Below are positions 25,110 through 39,349 of a stretch of 64,000 nt of DNA, piece by piece. The notes below the pieces were generated by a model. That model was not told the origin of the DNA. It ran no database searches and saw nothing but the letters and a program-made list of their open reading frames with translations. Positions within the stretch are counted from its first letter, which is position 1. Every line of letters begins with the position of its first letter. The DNA comes from Narcine bancroftii (taxonomy: Eukaryota), in contig NC_091476.1 in the NCBI RefSeq assembly GCF_036971445.1, positions 141,918,001 to 141,982,000 of the forward strand, written 5' to 3'. The position numbers were made by a program, and so were the translations under genes.

Positions 25110-25735
25110 TATAGAACATTACAGCACAGAAAACAGGCCATTCAGCCCTTCTAGTCTGTGTCAAACTATTATTCTGCTATTCTCCCTAGTTCCATTGAAC
25201 TGCACCCAGCCCATAGCCCTCCATACCTCTCCCATCCATGTTCCCCTCCAAATTTTTCTTAAATGTTAAAGTTGAGCCCGCATTCACCACTTCAGCTGGC
25301 AGCTCATTCCACACTCCCCATCCCCACCCCCACTCTCTGTGTGAAGACATTCCCCCTAATGTTCCTTCTAAACTTCCCTCCTTTCACACTTAGCCCATGT
25401 CCTCTGGTTTGTCAGTAGAAAAATCCTGCCTGCATTTATCTGTACCCGTCATAATTTTGTTTACCTGTATCAAATCTCCCCTTATTCTTCATTCCAGGGA
25501 ATAAAGTCCTAACTTGTTTACCTTGTAACTCAGTTTCTCAAGACCTGGAAAGATCCTAGAAAATCTTCTCTGCACTCCTTCAATTTTATTGATATCTTTC
25601 CTGTAGTTAGGTGACCTCAAAACTGTACACAATTCTCCAAATTTGGTCTCACTGATATCTTATACAACTTTACCATAACATTCCAACTCCTATACTCAAA
25701 ACTTTGATTTATGAAGGCCAATGTGCCAAAAGCTG
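25110..25735 (-). mobile_element. CR1/HER1-like LINE 3' fragment
   Basis: Begins ATAGAACATTACAGCACAGAAAACAGGCCATTCAGCCC (reverse CR1 terminus) and continues into the ORF2 end. Confidence 0.85.
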
Positions 25736-27019
25736 TCCTGCGAAGCATTCAGGCATTTTCTTTAGTTATTTTTGTTTTGGAAGGAAGAAAGTTCAAGTTT
25801 ATCGTCACATCTACCAAGATGCAATGGCAAACGTTGGTTTGTGAGCAGACTAGTAGATGACTCATACCTAGGACAACAAGTGAGACAGAGAAAAAAAGAT
25901 GAAGAGTTACAGAAGATCAGTTGAATGAAACAAAGACAGCATCATTTTACTAGAGCCAGGTTCATTCAGGATCTGATAACGGTGAGAAAGATCTCACACT
26001 CGTGATTCTTCCCAACAGGAGGAGGGGGGGGGGGCGAAGAGAATGTGGCTGGGGTGCAATGGTTCTTTTAATATGTTGGCTGCTTTTTCAAGGAAGATAA
26101 AGTAGTTGGGCAGCAGCCCAGCTCCTAACTCTGCAAGATTTGTAAAGATGGTGGGTGAGGAATTGGGCTGTAACGTGAAGCTTCGTCGAGGGAATACCTG
26201 GGATCCAACAGGGAATGGTGCAGAGAAAATGTAACTAAAACTTGAAGGTGGCAAGGAACTGCACCATGTCAAGCAACAGAAGGAGAGAAGATTGCTCGAC
26301 CTTGATCAGGGTTATTACTTCAGAGGATGAACACTCAGTGATGCACACATGTGACTTTAGATCAATAGAGATCTGGCCAAATCTACAGCAGAATTCACTG
26401 AGATATCACCAAAGATGAGTGATAGTTCCAAGAGTATGGTGATTATTTCATCAATGCTTAGAGGGGTACAGATGATCTAACAGACATTTACAAAGCATGG
26501 TGGAGTAAACAAATTGGGTTTATTACTATTTCAAGTGTCCTGTGTAACTGCAATGTTACCTTTGCAACGTTGACTTAATTTACCACTCAATCTTTCTCGA
26601 GCAAAACCTTCGATCCAACAAAGGGCTGCTGCAATTTTAGAATCTCACTGCACAGGGATTCTACCTCACATAGAGCAATGTAAGAATACACAATGGAAAA
26701 TGTGAACCTTCACTTTAATGTTTTTGGTTAAAATACACAATCCATGGAAAAACATAGCTTGTCTATGCTTCACATACCAAATTCCACAAGTGGTTTGATC
26801 CATCCAGCCTTTTTGTAGAAGGATGCAGTGGACACTCACTGTCTCCTCGTCAAACACCCTCCCTCGCACTCACTCTCACCACCTTCGTTGGCTTCCATTT
26901 TTGATGTTAAATTCCATAAAGAACGCGGTCTTCTCCAGCATGTTTACATATCAGAGCTATTATAGCAAAGGGGAGGTCTTTGACCATCACACCTGCCTGC
27001 AATTTTGATGAAAGTAAAT

Positions 27020-27760
27020 CAGTCAGTCCATTCTCCACTTTCAATGCCACAGATTTTTAAAAGAAATTTACATTCAGGTATTCATCCAATTTCTTCCTGA
27101 AAGCCACAAATGAATCTGCATCATACCTTCAACCCTTGGAGAACCATGTGGTCTGAAAAAGCCTATTGATATCTTTCCTGTAGTGAGGTGACCAAAATTG
27201 GCCTCATCAATGTCTTAACATCCCAACTCTTTCCATAACATCCCAACTCTTGTATTCAATACTTTGATTTATGAAGGCTAAGATGCCAAAAGTTCCCTTT
27301 ACAACCCTATCTACCTGTGTTGCCACTTTAAGGGAACACAGATCCCAGATCCCTCTGTCCTATCACACTCCTCAGTGCCCCCACCATTTACCAAATAGGT
27401 CCTTTCTTGGTTTGTCCTTCCAAATGCAAAAAACACTTAACACTTATCTGCATTAAATTCCATCTGCCATTTCTCAGCCCATTTTTCCTACTGGTCCAGA
27501 TCCCTCTGCAAGCTTTGAAGACCTTCCTCACTGTCCACAACACCTGAGACCTTCATGTCCTCTGCAAACCTATAACCCAATTTACCACAGTATCATCCAG
27601 ATCATTGATATAGACGACAAACAACAATGGTCCCAGCACCGATCCCTGAAGCGCGCCACCATCCACCATCGCTCTCTCTCTTCTCCCATCTAGCCAATGT
27701 CAAATCCAGTGTGCTACCTCACCATGAATACCTAGTGTCTGATGCTTCCTGACTATGAGG
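27020..27760 (-). mobile_element. CR1-like LINE fragments (RT region)
   Basis: GGTCCCAGCACCGATCCCTG is the reverse of QGSVLGP; overlaps in homology with 25580-25735. Confidence 0.8.
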
Positions 27761-28479
27761 TTGTTATCTCCTCTTCACCCTTAGTCTTGAAAAAGAGTCC
27801 TGAGCCGAAACGTTGGTGGACTATTTCAGTTCCTGGATGCTTCCTGCTTGGCTAAGTCCCTGCAGCTTCTCATTATATGCTGAGCGGCTGTGGATCAAGC
27901 TGATAGTCTCTGCACTTCTGGTTATGAGTCTGTGCCTTTCAACCCTTTCTCAGGACCCGTGGATTTACTCCCGTAAAACCATGGCAATATCGAAAAGAGC
28001 TTTTACCAATTAACTAAATGGCAGCAGGCGGTAAATAGAGAAAGGAAAAAAAAAACAGAAATGTGAGAATGTCTCGCACACGAGGACTCCAGGACTGCAG
28101 CATTCATAGTTTAATGTAATCAAATGGATACCTGAATAATTACAGGATGTGTGAGTGTGTAAGTAATATGTACCACAAGGGCAGTCAGAAGAATCTAGAG
28201 TGCTCAGTGGAAAACACGAGCTGCTGGTCACAGCTGCACGAGGGCTGCAGTCAGGAGGAGAAGGATAATGTAGGATAGGAAAAATACAGTCTGACAGGGG
28301 AGATAGATGGAGGCATGGTGTAGAGGCAGGCAGAGACAAAAGATTAAAACGAGAGGTGGTGGGGAGAATGAATAGCACTTTAAACGAATCACACAAAGGC
28401 AGTGAGCATAGCAAAATGAATCAAGGAGAACAGGAGATAATTTGTGTAGGATTTCGTTCCTTATCAGTTTCCATTTCAG

Positions 28480-28617
28480 TACAGCGTTCAGGATGGTTGG
28501 AAGAGAATGGCTCTGTTCTGCCAAGAAACAAACTGCAGATGAGGCAGCTTCTGTGGAGGCCAAGAGATGGTTGAAGATTGAGGGAAGGGGTGGATGTGCT
28601 GTCTGTCTGGCCCCCAG
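28480..28617 (+). CDS. Candidate 138-nt internal exon (phase 2-2), unidentified
   Basis: TTTCCATTTCAG acceptor and CAG|GTGAGG donor; one open frame TAFRMVGREWLCSAKKQTADEAASVEAKRWLKIEGRGGCAVCLAP; no homology recognised. Confidence 0.2.
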
Positions 28618-30004
28618 GTGAGGATGAACTGCTCTCTCTGAGCTTCGCAAGATGGGGAGAGCATTAGTGGTCTCATGGTACAATTTGACACTTCATGAAA
28701 CTTGATTACATTTAATGTGCTCTGCTTGAGATCCTGAAGTTGGGAATAAAAAGACCAGTGACAGTGACCCCAATTCTGCTCTGCTCCCCCAATATAATTA
28801 CACTTAGAACTTTTGGCCACTGTCATTGAACCAGCATCCTGGCGCAAGGCAGAACCATAAGGAGCATCACCCAACTCATCAGCTGGTGAATGCACTCATT
28901 TTGAGCATTATTCCACCCCTCGTGTTTCTTGCTTGTTTCTCACTGTGTGTGTAACACTCATTAATCCCAATGACTCACAAAGCCGTACTATCTGTCCTTA
29001 ATTGAACCATGCCTTTCCAAATATGCTGTTATTGAGTAGGCCAGAGTGTGCTGGAGGAAGAGGCCAGAGCATGGTGCATTTCTTCCCTTCTTTGCAGGGC
29101 TGCATATGCTGTCTTCTCAGCATGTCAAGGCCAGGAGCCCTTGTAGTTGAGATCAACATCGATCATGTGCCCCCTTTATCCATGTGTACTGTTTCTCAGC
29201 ATGCCAAGACCAAGGGCCTTTGCAGTTGAGATCAACGTCAACCATGCGCCCCCTCCACTCCGTTTCTACCCTTGCATTTTCATGCACCAGTGAGAGGCGG
29301 GCATTTCATGATCCCTTATTGACTAAACCAAGGATAAAACTTATTGTCATAAGAGGGAATCAATTTATAACTGTTCAGTGAGTGAAAGCAAGGCTGGCTT
29401 TATTCAATTCCATTCTCAACGAGTCTGAATCAGTCCTTCGATGCAAAACAATCTCTCCCTCCATAATTAAAAATCTAACAGTTGGAGTAAAAGAACATTT
29501 TGTAGGATTTTTCTTACAGCAGCTAATTACGTTTTTTTTAAAAAGGACAAAGACTTTTTCAACTTTTCCTACCACAATAAAATACAGATTGATAACACGA
29601 GGATTTGAGATTTGAGCTGTGGCTTTTGTGTACATTAGTTCTCAAGATATTTGCTTAAAGTATGGAGAATTAGATGGTGTAAATGCTGGCTGCATTTCTG
29701 CTCCATTTTGAGTGCATTTGGAGGCAGTTTTAAACTTCTTGACAAGAATACACGAGGTGGAGTCTTGAATAGGATGGCAGACAATTAAAGGCCTCATGGG
29801 ACTGTTACATCAGTTGAGGGGAACAAACCAAAGAGGTCTGAAATTAAAAACAGATGGGTGCCAAGAATGTTCAGCAGGTCAGTCAGTAGCAGTGGAGAAA
29901 AAAACAGGCCCTAAAATATCAACTCTGATTTCACCTGCCAAAAATATATATTTTTTGTTTTTTTTATGGATTTCCATCATCAGTGGCATTTTTGTTGTTG
30001 ACAT

Positions 30005-30345
30005 GCAGGCAGCACAGTGATGAAGCTGGTAAATCTCCCGCCTCTCAGCTCCGGAGATGTAGGTTCAATCCTGACCTCCGCTGCTGTTGTGCGGAGTTCT
30101 CTTTGTGGCCGCTTGGGTTTCCTCCAGGTGTTCCGGTTTCTTCCTGTATCCAAAAGACGCAGAAGTTGACAGGTGAATTGGCAGCTCTAAATAGCAGCTG
30201 GTGTGTTGACAAGGGGCAAGATCCAGGGCGAGATGGTCAGAATGTGAAGGGAATTAATGAGGATGAGGTGTCGATGGGTATTTGATCATCAGTGTTGACT
30301 CAGTGGGGCAAAGGGCCTCTTCCCTTCCTATGCTCCTCTAAGACT
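30005..30345 (+). mobile_element. Old V-SINE
   Basis: B box AGGTTCAATCC, V-domain TTGGGTTTCCTCCAGGTGTTCCGGTTTCTTCC, CR1-like tail GGGGCAAAGGGCCT. Confidence 0.75.
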
Positions 30346-30959
30346 AGGAATGAACTCCTTCATTTATTAACGGCTTTAAACTTTAAAGCAAAGCGTTAAC
30401 AGCACTGCAGCAGCCTAGTGTTCTTTATTCTGTACAAAAATACACCTACTCTGTCATCAAGAAAAAGCAAAGTTCAAGTTTACTGTCACATGAACTTGAT
30501 GAAGTGAGGGAGATCATTTTGCAAGCAGACCAATTAGACATCTCGTACAAAGTACAGCAAGGAAGAAGCAGAACAACATTACAGAAGGACACCAGTTGGT
30601 TCAGAGCAAAGGCAGTATAATTTCACTGACCACACTCTGCTGGAAGAACTCAGCAGGTCGAGCAGCATCAGTGGGAGAAAAAGAATGGTCAACCTTTTGC
30701 CCTGCAATGGCAACCATTCCTTATCCCCCCTGATGCTGAGTTCCTCCAGAGGATTGTCTTCAGTCTCAGATTCTAGCATTTGCAGTGTCCTGTGCATCTC
30801 CCACATAATGTTACTAGATTAAGGTCCTTTTAGTAGTCTGACAAGGCTGGAAAGAAACTGCCATTAACGTAGGGAAGGGTGATGTGATGTAGTGAACATG
30901 CAGTGGACCTTGAAAACACGTAGTGCTACACTTGGCTGCAGCAGCAAAGGACTTACTTC

Positions 30960-31520
30960 AAGAACATAGAACACTATAATAGCACAGTACAGGCCCTTCA
31001 GCCCTGGATATTGTGCCAACCTATCTATTCCTACCAAAAAAAACCAACAAAACCCTTTCTACCTCGTGAGCCTATATTATTCTTTCATTTATGTGCCTGT
31101 CTAAGAGTCTCTGAAATGCTGCTAATTTTCAAGCCTTTACTACCATGCCTGGGAATGTATTTCAGGCCTCTGTTAAAAAAACGTACCCTGATGTCTCCCC
31201 TAAACTTCCCTCCCTTCACTTTGTACATATGTCCTCTGGTGTTTGCTACTCCCACCCTGGGAAAAAGGTGTTGGTTGTCTACCTTATCTCTGCCTCTCAG
31301 AATCTTTTAGACCTCTATTAAGTTTCCTTTCATCCTTCTTTGCTCCAGAGAGAAAAGATCCAGCTCTGCTAACCTTGCCTCATAAGACTTAGTTTCCAAT
31401 CCCGGTAACATCCTGGTAAATCTCCTCTGCACCCTCTCCATAGCTTCCACATCATTTAATGAGGTGACCAGAACTCTACACAATATTCTAAGTGTGGTCT
31501 TGCCAGAGATTTGTAGATCT
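30960..31520 (-). mobile_element. CR1-like LINE 3' fragment
   Basis: AGAACATAGAACA..AGCACAGTACAGGCCCTTCAGCCC terminus; same subfamily at 37130-37275 and 61460-61730. Confidence 0.85.
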
Positions 31521-32949
31521 GCAATGGGAATTTCCCCCTATCACTTATGTGCTCTTTCATCTCAGTCTTCATGTTAAGCACTTCATTTGGATTCTGAACA
31601 CTCTATCAAGACAAGTTCTCTGCGATATGTGCTCAAAGTTTGATCTCTGGAGCCTGCACAATATGCAAAACAAATTTCTTTCCACTTTTCAAGTTTATTG
31701 CCATCTAACTGTACATGTACAACCAGACGAGACAATGTTGTTCCGGACCATCTAGGTACATGTGTCAATGAATAATTGAAGTTGTACAAAGGATGAATTA
31801 TGTCCAATTCACAGGTCATAGAATTGTACACCTCAGAAGCAGACTGTTCAGCCCAACATGTCCATGCTAACCCTTCCATATTCACTGCCCTCTATATCCA
31901 TGTGATTCCACTGCTCATCCAGGCACTTCTTCAGTGCTGTCGGTGACTGTCTCAGGCAATATGTTTCAGGTTCTCTCACTCCTCAGTGAAGAAGCCCTGA
32001 ACCTCCAAATCTCTTCCCCTGATCCCACATCTCTGTCAGTGTTGGATTCTGCTGAAACTGATGTGACGAATCTGCAGATATCAGGTTTTTCTTTCTCTCT
32101 ACTTAACCCATTGCAGGATCTAAATAACTGAATCTAATGTTATTCCTGAATCTAAATAACAGTGAAGTATTTGATTGACTTGCCTGTAATTTCCTCACTG
32201 ACTAATTATTCTGTAGGAAACCATCAGTTTTCTGATAATTGTCTATCTTAATTCATATTCATTTCTCCATTACCAATCTTTAATATCTTAAATTCATTAA
32301 AAATCAATCCATGTTAAGGTTTGTGGACCTTTGGTATGTCACAATCTGCCTTCACTTTGAAAAAGAGTCTAGAGTGTTCAAGACAACATTTCCTTCCGAT
32401 ACTGCTCTTCCATTAATGGAATGAATTCCTCTTTTCTCAGTGAATTTATGAAAATACTTTTTTTCTAATTTCTCTGCAAGGTTTTCTTTGGAGCTTATGT
32501 TTGGTTTCCTCCCACCTCTTGCTGCCTTTGTTGCTGTTTGTAGCTTATGTACTCTGGATGTTCTCCCTTCAGTCATCCACCATGCTCTTCCTTCTGAACC
32601 CTTGTGATGGGTGGGGATGTCCTTCAGGTGTTTGTGTTTGGATCATTCCCACCCAGAGACTTGATCCAGCAACAATTCAACCCAGTTTATTCGTTGAAGT
32701 CTGCCTTATTTAAATTCAAAACTTTTAGTCATATTGCAGCTGTTAGATATAAATGTTAACTATTTCTCTTTATTTACTCATGAATAAATCTACTTTGGTC
32801 CATTGTCCATTGGTAAACCTATTGTCCTGCAATAATCTTGAGCTGAACTGAAGTAGAAAATGTTGGAAATGTGCAATAAGTCAGGTAGGGTTAATGGAGA
32901 GGGAAACAGTTAATGTGTCAGGGCAATCAGAATTTATCTCAGATTTTCA

Positions 32950-33385
32950 GCATTTGCAGGTTGAACTTAAGGTCGAGGTTCCTTTTTATTGTAATATAAT
33001 AATATATAAAAATGTAACATACATGATATACTTCAACTTTTTCCTTCCATAAGACAAACAAAAAGTTGCCATGAGCATTGTCCGGCCACCCATTAAGAGA
33101 ATCAGAAGCAAGAGAGGGTCCCTCCAGAGTCACTAAGTGTCTGTGGATTCAACTCCAGTGCCCAGCAGCCTCTGCAGCTGATCAATCTGAGCTCCAGATT
33201 CAAACCTCCAATACAATCAGGAAACCTTCAGCACCCAAGATCCTTTGGGAGCCCTCCTTACCCTCAGCACTCTCTCAAATCAAATCTCTGATACCTGATT
33301 ACCATAAGCCAATTTCCATTAGCTCACAACCCATGAGTCCTTCAAACACAAGTCACCAGCAGCCCATAGCCTGGTGTGAGTCCTT
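32950..33385 (-). mobile_element. Non-coding retroposon family, copy 3 (5'-truncated)
   Basis: GGTTCCTTTTTATTGTAATATAATAA..AGAAGCAAGAGAGGGTCCCTCCAGAGTCACTAAGTGTCTGTGGATTC, homologous to 19348-19740. Confidence 0.65.
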
Positions 33386-33884
33386 TGATTTTTTTTTTGT
33401 TTTGTTTTTTTTTTGTTAACTGATTGAACTGGTCTGTTTTTCCCAGTGTTTGTGAAAATTGTTTATTTTAATAATTCTCACATCAATATAATTTATTTGT
33501 ATACCAACCAACCAGGGGAAAATAGTGGTTCGCATAGTAGTTCTCAGTTCTCTCTTTGCAACCTATGAAAATTTTGTTTTGACTCTCCTCGACATTTTAT
33601 ATTTTATGGAATGAAGCGTTAACTCCAAATATTTCACATGAATAATCCTGGTGATGCCATTTGTCATTATAATGTCAATACACCCTTTGGAGGTGATTTT
33701 GTATTCTGTATTCATCGGTGGCATACTCAGTTTGGATTTGAGTATTGGAAACACATGAAGTAGGTCCAGAGCCCACTTGCTCTGTTAGCAAACTTTCCAG
33801 AAGTCTGTGAAGCTACTGAAGATAGCTTCAAAAGTTTTCTTCTGCAAGAAATATTAAGTTTTTACTTATTAAAGGGCAATTCAG

Positions 33885-34290
33885 ATTTCAGATTTATTGT
33901 CAGAGTACATACATGGCATCAGATACAACCCTGAGATTATTTTTCTGCAGGCAAGGCAGAATTGCCACTTATTGATAGTGCAAGAAAAACTGTACACAGC
34001 ATATACATATAAACAAATAAAGAACTGTAAACAGATAACTGCACAGTACAGAGAGAATTTTTAAAAGTAAGAGCCCTTAAATGAGTCCCTGATTGAGTTT
34101 GTTGTTGAGGAGTCTGATGGTGGAGGGGTAGCAGTTGTTCCTGAACCTGGTGGTGCGATTCTTGTGGACCTAGACCTCTTTCCTGATGGCAGCAGTGAGA
34201 ACAGAGCATGTACTGGGTGGTGTGGATCCTTGATGATTGCTGCTGCTCTCCGACGGCAGTTCTCGATAATGGCGAGGGTTTGACCCTCAA
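33885..34290 (-). mobile_element. Rex1/Babar-like LINE 3' fragment
   Basis: ORF 34061-34363 RRRAAAIIKDPHHPVHALFSLLPSGKR; tail TTCAGATTTCAGATTTATTGTC. Confidence 0.85.
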
Positions 34291-34699
34291 ACGCCTGTTG
34301 TCTAAATGTGATAGTGGGATTTTTATTTTTTCCCCCATTGTAGATAAGTGGACACAAGCACAAACATTGCGAGTGTTATCAAATCTCTTAATAGCTGCAA
34401 AGAAGCTATTTTCCCTGTGTTATAATATAATACAATGACTTTTTTTAAAAAAGAAAATGACTATATCTTCAGTTCAACACATCGTGCATTCATGAAGCTG
34501 TTTTTTATCACCTGCAGTTTTAGAATTGAATTACAAGAGTTTTATAAATTAATTATATGAGCAAGCATGATGGATGATCATTTAAAAAACAGATGTTGCA
34601 ATGCCCTTCTTAACAGTTTTAATTCTCTAAAAGTGGCAGCTACTTTTGCAGTTGCAATTAAATATTTTTGGAAAATTGAACTTTTTTTTCTTTAACATC

Positions 34700-36575
34700 A
34701 AACAGTATAGCACATAATGTCCAAATTAAACTAAAACCCTGTTGCTTGCACCTGATAGATATCCCTCTATCCCCTTCATATTTATGTGTCTATCTGGAAA
34801 CCTCATAAATTGTATCTACTTCCACCACTACACCTGACAGCATGTTCCACCCTCCTATTAATTTCTGCATAAAGTATTTGCCCTGAACATCTCCTTAAAC
34901 TTTCTCGCCCTAGTCCTAAACACCTGTCCTCTACCATGGGATGGTTTACCCTGGGGAAAAATTCTGGCTGTCTATCCTATTGTTGCCTCTCAATATCTTA
35001 TTACCTTTTCATCAGGTCTTCCCTCAACCTATTACGCTCCTGAGAAAAAAGTTTGTCCAATCTCTCCCCATAACTCATATACTCCAAGCCAGGCAACACC
35101 CGGGTAAATTTCTTCTCTACTCTTTCTAAGCCCTCCACATCCTGTAATGGGGTGGCCAGAATTTCACACAAATCAAAGTATAGTCTAACCAAAATTTTAT
35201 ATCACTGCAACATGACTTCCTCATTTTGGCCAAATGTAGCCAAGCATTTCATACTGCTCTTTACCATTGGATCACTTGTGTCACTTTCAATGTGTTATGG
35301 ACCCAGACCCCCAGATCCCTTTGCACATCGATCCTTTTTAAGAGCCTGCTATTCAACTGTATATGTTCCCCTTACATTTGATCTCTCAAAGTGCATCACC
35401 TCACAGTTTTCCAGATTAAATTCTATCCGCCATTTCTCTGCCCATATCTGTAACTGATTTACATCCTCTTGTACTCATTGAGAACCCTCTACACTGTCCA
35501 CAACTCCACCAATCTTGTGTCATCTGCAAAGTTACTAATCCACCCACCAACATTGTCATCAAAGTCATATACTCAAACAGCAGGGATGCCAACCCTGATC
35601 CTCGTGGAACTCCACTGGATCACAGGCCTTCACCACTACCCTCTGTCTTCTTTACACCAGCCAATTTTGTTACCAATCTCCCTCCTCCCTGTAGAGCCCA
35701 TGCACCTGCATGTTCTGAATCAGACTGCCATGAGGGACCTTATTAAATACCTTTCAGACCTCTAGGACCTCTCCTGTCACTAGTGAGGATGCAAAGATGT
35801 TTGTCAAATCTCCAACAATTACTTTACTTGCCTTGAAATTACATCCCATCTGGCTTAGGGGACTTGTGGACCTTAAATCTCCTTAAAAGACCCAACACCA
35901 CCTTTTTCTTAATCTGACAATGCTCTAATACATGAGCATCATGTCCGTATCACTGACCCTTGGTAAATACCAATGTAATTTATTCATATATTATCTCACT
36001 CACTTCTTCCGACTCTAAACATAAATTCCCTCCTTTGTCCTTCGGTGGTCCTGTCCTCTCCTCAGATACCATCGTGTTTCTAATGTAAGTACAAAATGCT
36101 TTGTGATTTTCTTTAAACCTGCTTGCCCAGGAAATTTCATGACCCCATTTGGTTTTTCTAATGCCCTGTATGAGCTCTTTCCTCCAAGTTTCTGTGTGAT
36201 TGTGGCTCCTGAACTTTAGACATGCTACCTTTTTCACCATGACTAAGTTCATCACCTCTCCTGTTCTCCAAAGCTCTCTGACCTTGCCAACCTTGTCCTT
36301 CCTTCATACTAGAACATGCCAGCCACGCACTCTAACTAGTTGGCCCTTAACCAATTCATATGTGGGCTCCTGGTCCATTCCCCCAGCTCCTGTCTCGTCC
36401 CTTCATCTTTTGCCCTCCTCCAATTTAGTACTTGTCTACAAGGCCCGAGCTTATCCTCATCCACAATATCCTGAAAGTTAAGGAAGAGACTTCCCTATTC
36501 CCAAAATGTTCCCCCACTGAAACTCCAATCACCTGGCTGGAGTCATTTGACAATATAAGGTTGATTTTAACCCCT
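34700..36575 (-). mobile_element. Long decayed CR1-like LINE with internal deletions
   Basis: QDVEGLERVEKKFTRVLPGLEYMSYGERL (35001-35192); TGTCATCTGCAAA (FADD); KENHKAFCTYIRN..KDKGGNLCLESEEVSE (35980-36255). Confidence 0.88.
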
Positions 36576-36579
36576 TCCT

Positions 36580-36820
36580 GACATAGACACACAGCATGGT
36601 AGCAGGCTCTTCTGGCCGACAAGCCCATGCTGCCCAAATATCCCAATTAATTTACAACCCGCAACCCCTGGTACTGGAAGGGTGGGAGCAAACCGGAGAA
36701 CTCGGAGGAAATCCACACAGACATTAGGGGAATGTACAAACACCTTGCAAACAGTGCCGGATTCGAACCCGGGTCACTAATGCTGTAGCAGCACCGCGCG
36801 CTACACTAACCGTGATGCCC
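36580..36820 (-). mobile_element. V-SINE, near full length
   Basis: GGATTCGAACCCGGGTC (B box) and GCTACACTAACC (A box) in reverse; V domain. Confidence 0.85.
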
Positions 36821-38469
36821 TGGAAGCACTTAAGTTCTCATGAACGCACTTAAAAAAATTTGCCCTTGGCACTAAGGACGTCTGATTCAATATTGGGGAA
36901 ATAAAGTCTTCCACTACTGACATCTACATTGCTTTTACAACTTTCCATAATCGCATATCTGCTCCTCCTCCAGTTATTAGTGTAGTCAGAATGACATGTG
37001 ACCACTGCTCCCTGGACTGTAAACCCTGGTGACCTCTATTTCCCACCCACACCAAACCATCGATGGAAATTGCTGAAAAGCTCAATATTTGCTTCAACAA
37101 AATTCTAAATGCCATCAACTCCTGTGAATAGAACGTAGAATGCTACAGCATAGTACAGGCCCTTTGGCCCTCAGTGTTGTGCCAATCTATATATTCCTAC
37201 CAAAAAAAAATACTAAACCCTCCCTACCTTATAATCCTTGGTGTTTTTCTTTCATCCATGTGCCTGTCTAAGAAATAAAAGAATAATCCATGCTTCACAT
37301 AAATCTCAAATTAAGCAGTTAATTCCACAAAAATAAGTAACCATGTAATGTCTAATTCACTGCAGCAGTTCCAGGTTTTAATCATATGAACACAGTGAGA
37401 TCTAAGTTTGGACATGAGGTCAGTAAAGTCTGTACTGCCTTTGAATTAATCTTTAAGAATGGTGGGTTTATTTATTTGCTGTCATTCCACACAAAATATG
37501 TTTACACTGAAGACTTAAATATGTGGTCACTACAAATGTTTGGTTGGAGACCTTGTGATCTGAGGCCAGACTTTTGAGTGTTTGGGGATCTGGGACTGAT
37601 GAAGACTGTCAGCCTCTGTACATTCTTGATTTGTGCAGATTCTCAGCAACTCCCTGCAAATGACCATGTTAGGATGCCATGTTAATACTTCAAGTGAGTT
37701 ATGCCGATTGCTTTGAGCTGTTTCCAGTTTTGAGTGGACCATTGCTGACCCGTGAATCATTGTGTTGGACCCAGATAGAGATCACAGGAATGAGGCTCAT
37801 GTGCTCTGTGCATTCTGAGGAGCAGTGGGTGGCCACTGCTCACTGTACTTTCCACGGCTGTGACTGCCCTGTGGAAAAAGGCAGGCATTTCAGGTTAACT
37901 TCTTCCAGTATCATCATCAGTAGCTACAGCTGAGAAATGAAAAGGTCTACGAGTGACGAGCTCATGATTTTCCCTTTGGTGACGTGATTGGATCCATTGA
38001 AGTGCACAGGGTAATGGTGTCATTGGTAAACCTCGAAACAGCTGCAGTGTTCCATATAAGACCTGGGAACAAGCTCCAAGGTCCAAAGGTGTCAACGACT
38101 GGTGTTTTGGGGAGAAGGGCATCAGAGTTAATGAAATGTTATTACAGCATCAGCAACATGGGTTCAAATCCACCGCTGTTGGTAATAGTAAAAACACAAA
38201 AATTGCTGGAGGGATTCAACAGGTCTTGCAGCATCTCTAGGAGGTAAAGATATATTACTGACATTTGAGGCCTGAGAAATTGATAGGTTTGCTCCTGTGG
38301 AATCTGTCTCGGGCCAAATGGCCTTATTTTGTGTTGATCAAAGTCCCAAAATGAGCTGCAGGTACATTGTCAAACAAAATTTACCACCAACTGAGAAAGA
38401 CCTGGATCTTCTGTTGAGTGGCGACTGCTCACTCGCCTTTGGACAATGGTATTTATATTACTGTTATAT

Positions 38470-38680
38470 ATTTTTTAAAAATTAGACATACAGCATTGTA
38501 ACATGCCCTTTCGGCCAATGAGCCCATGCCATCCAATTAACCTACACCTCCGCTATGTTTTGAAGGGTTGGAGGAAACCCACATTGTCAGAGGGAGACCG
38601 TGCAAGCTGCTTACAAATGACGCGGGCCATGAACCTGGGTCGCTGGACAGCGTTGCACTAACTGCTGCGCTAACTGTGCT
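38470..38680 (-). mobile_element. V-SINE
   Basis: TTAGACATACAGCA..GGAGGAAACCCAC..GAACCTGGGTCGCTGG..CACTAACTGCTGCGCTAAC. Confidence 0.8.
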
Positions 38681-39349
38681 ACCCTTTCTTCCACAGGACT
38701 CTTGTCAGCTGACGAGAAACCAGCTCCCAGTGTAAGTTACCAGGGATCTCACCAAATGTCCTGGACATCTGAACAGAGGTTGAGCAGGGCTTGCGAGCAC
38801 AACACCCAGTCCAGGCTGTTGGAGTGACTGACCAGCAGGCGACTGTGGATGTATTTATTTTACATCTGTCACTCATACATCTAAACAATCAACTTCTGAG
38901 AATAAGCCATGCTTCACATAAAACTCATATTAAGCAGTTAATGTCACAAAGACAAGTAACCTTGTAATGTTTCATGCCTTACTGACACTGCAGCCATTTG
39001 TCATTTAGAAATTACGCCATTACACTTTAAATAGCAATTAATTATAAACTAAAATAACACAAAATATAATTACTATTTTTAAATTAAACCACCAATAAAT
39101 CCTAACTTTTAAAATAATTAGTTAAAATAAGTAAATTGAATCATATTAAAAGATCTGCCCACATTTTTTTAGAAGACCCAAAGGCTGGGAAGTCTGTGCA
39201 TGTTGGTTCGGAGCTGTGTTCCCCCCCCCACCCCCCCCAACCCGCAGCTCCGTACTCAGAGACCAGAGTTGCATTGGGGTGAAAGTTACAAGCATCTCCT
39301 TGGCTGAATGGTCATGCACCAGCAATTAGTTTCATGGAATTTTATAATT

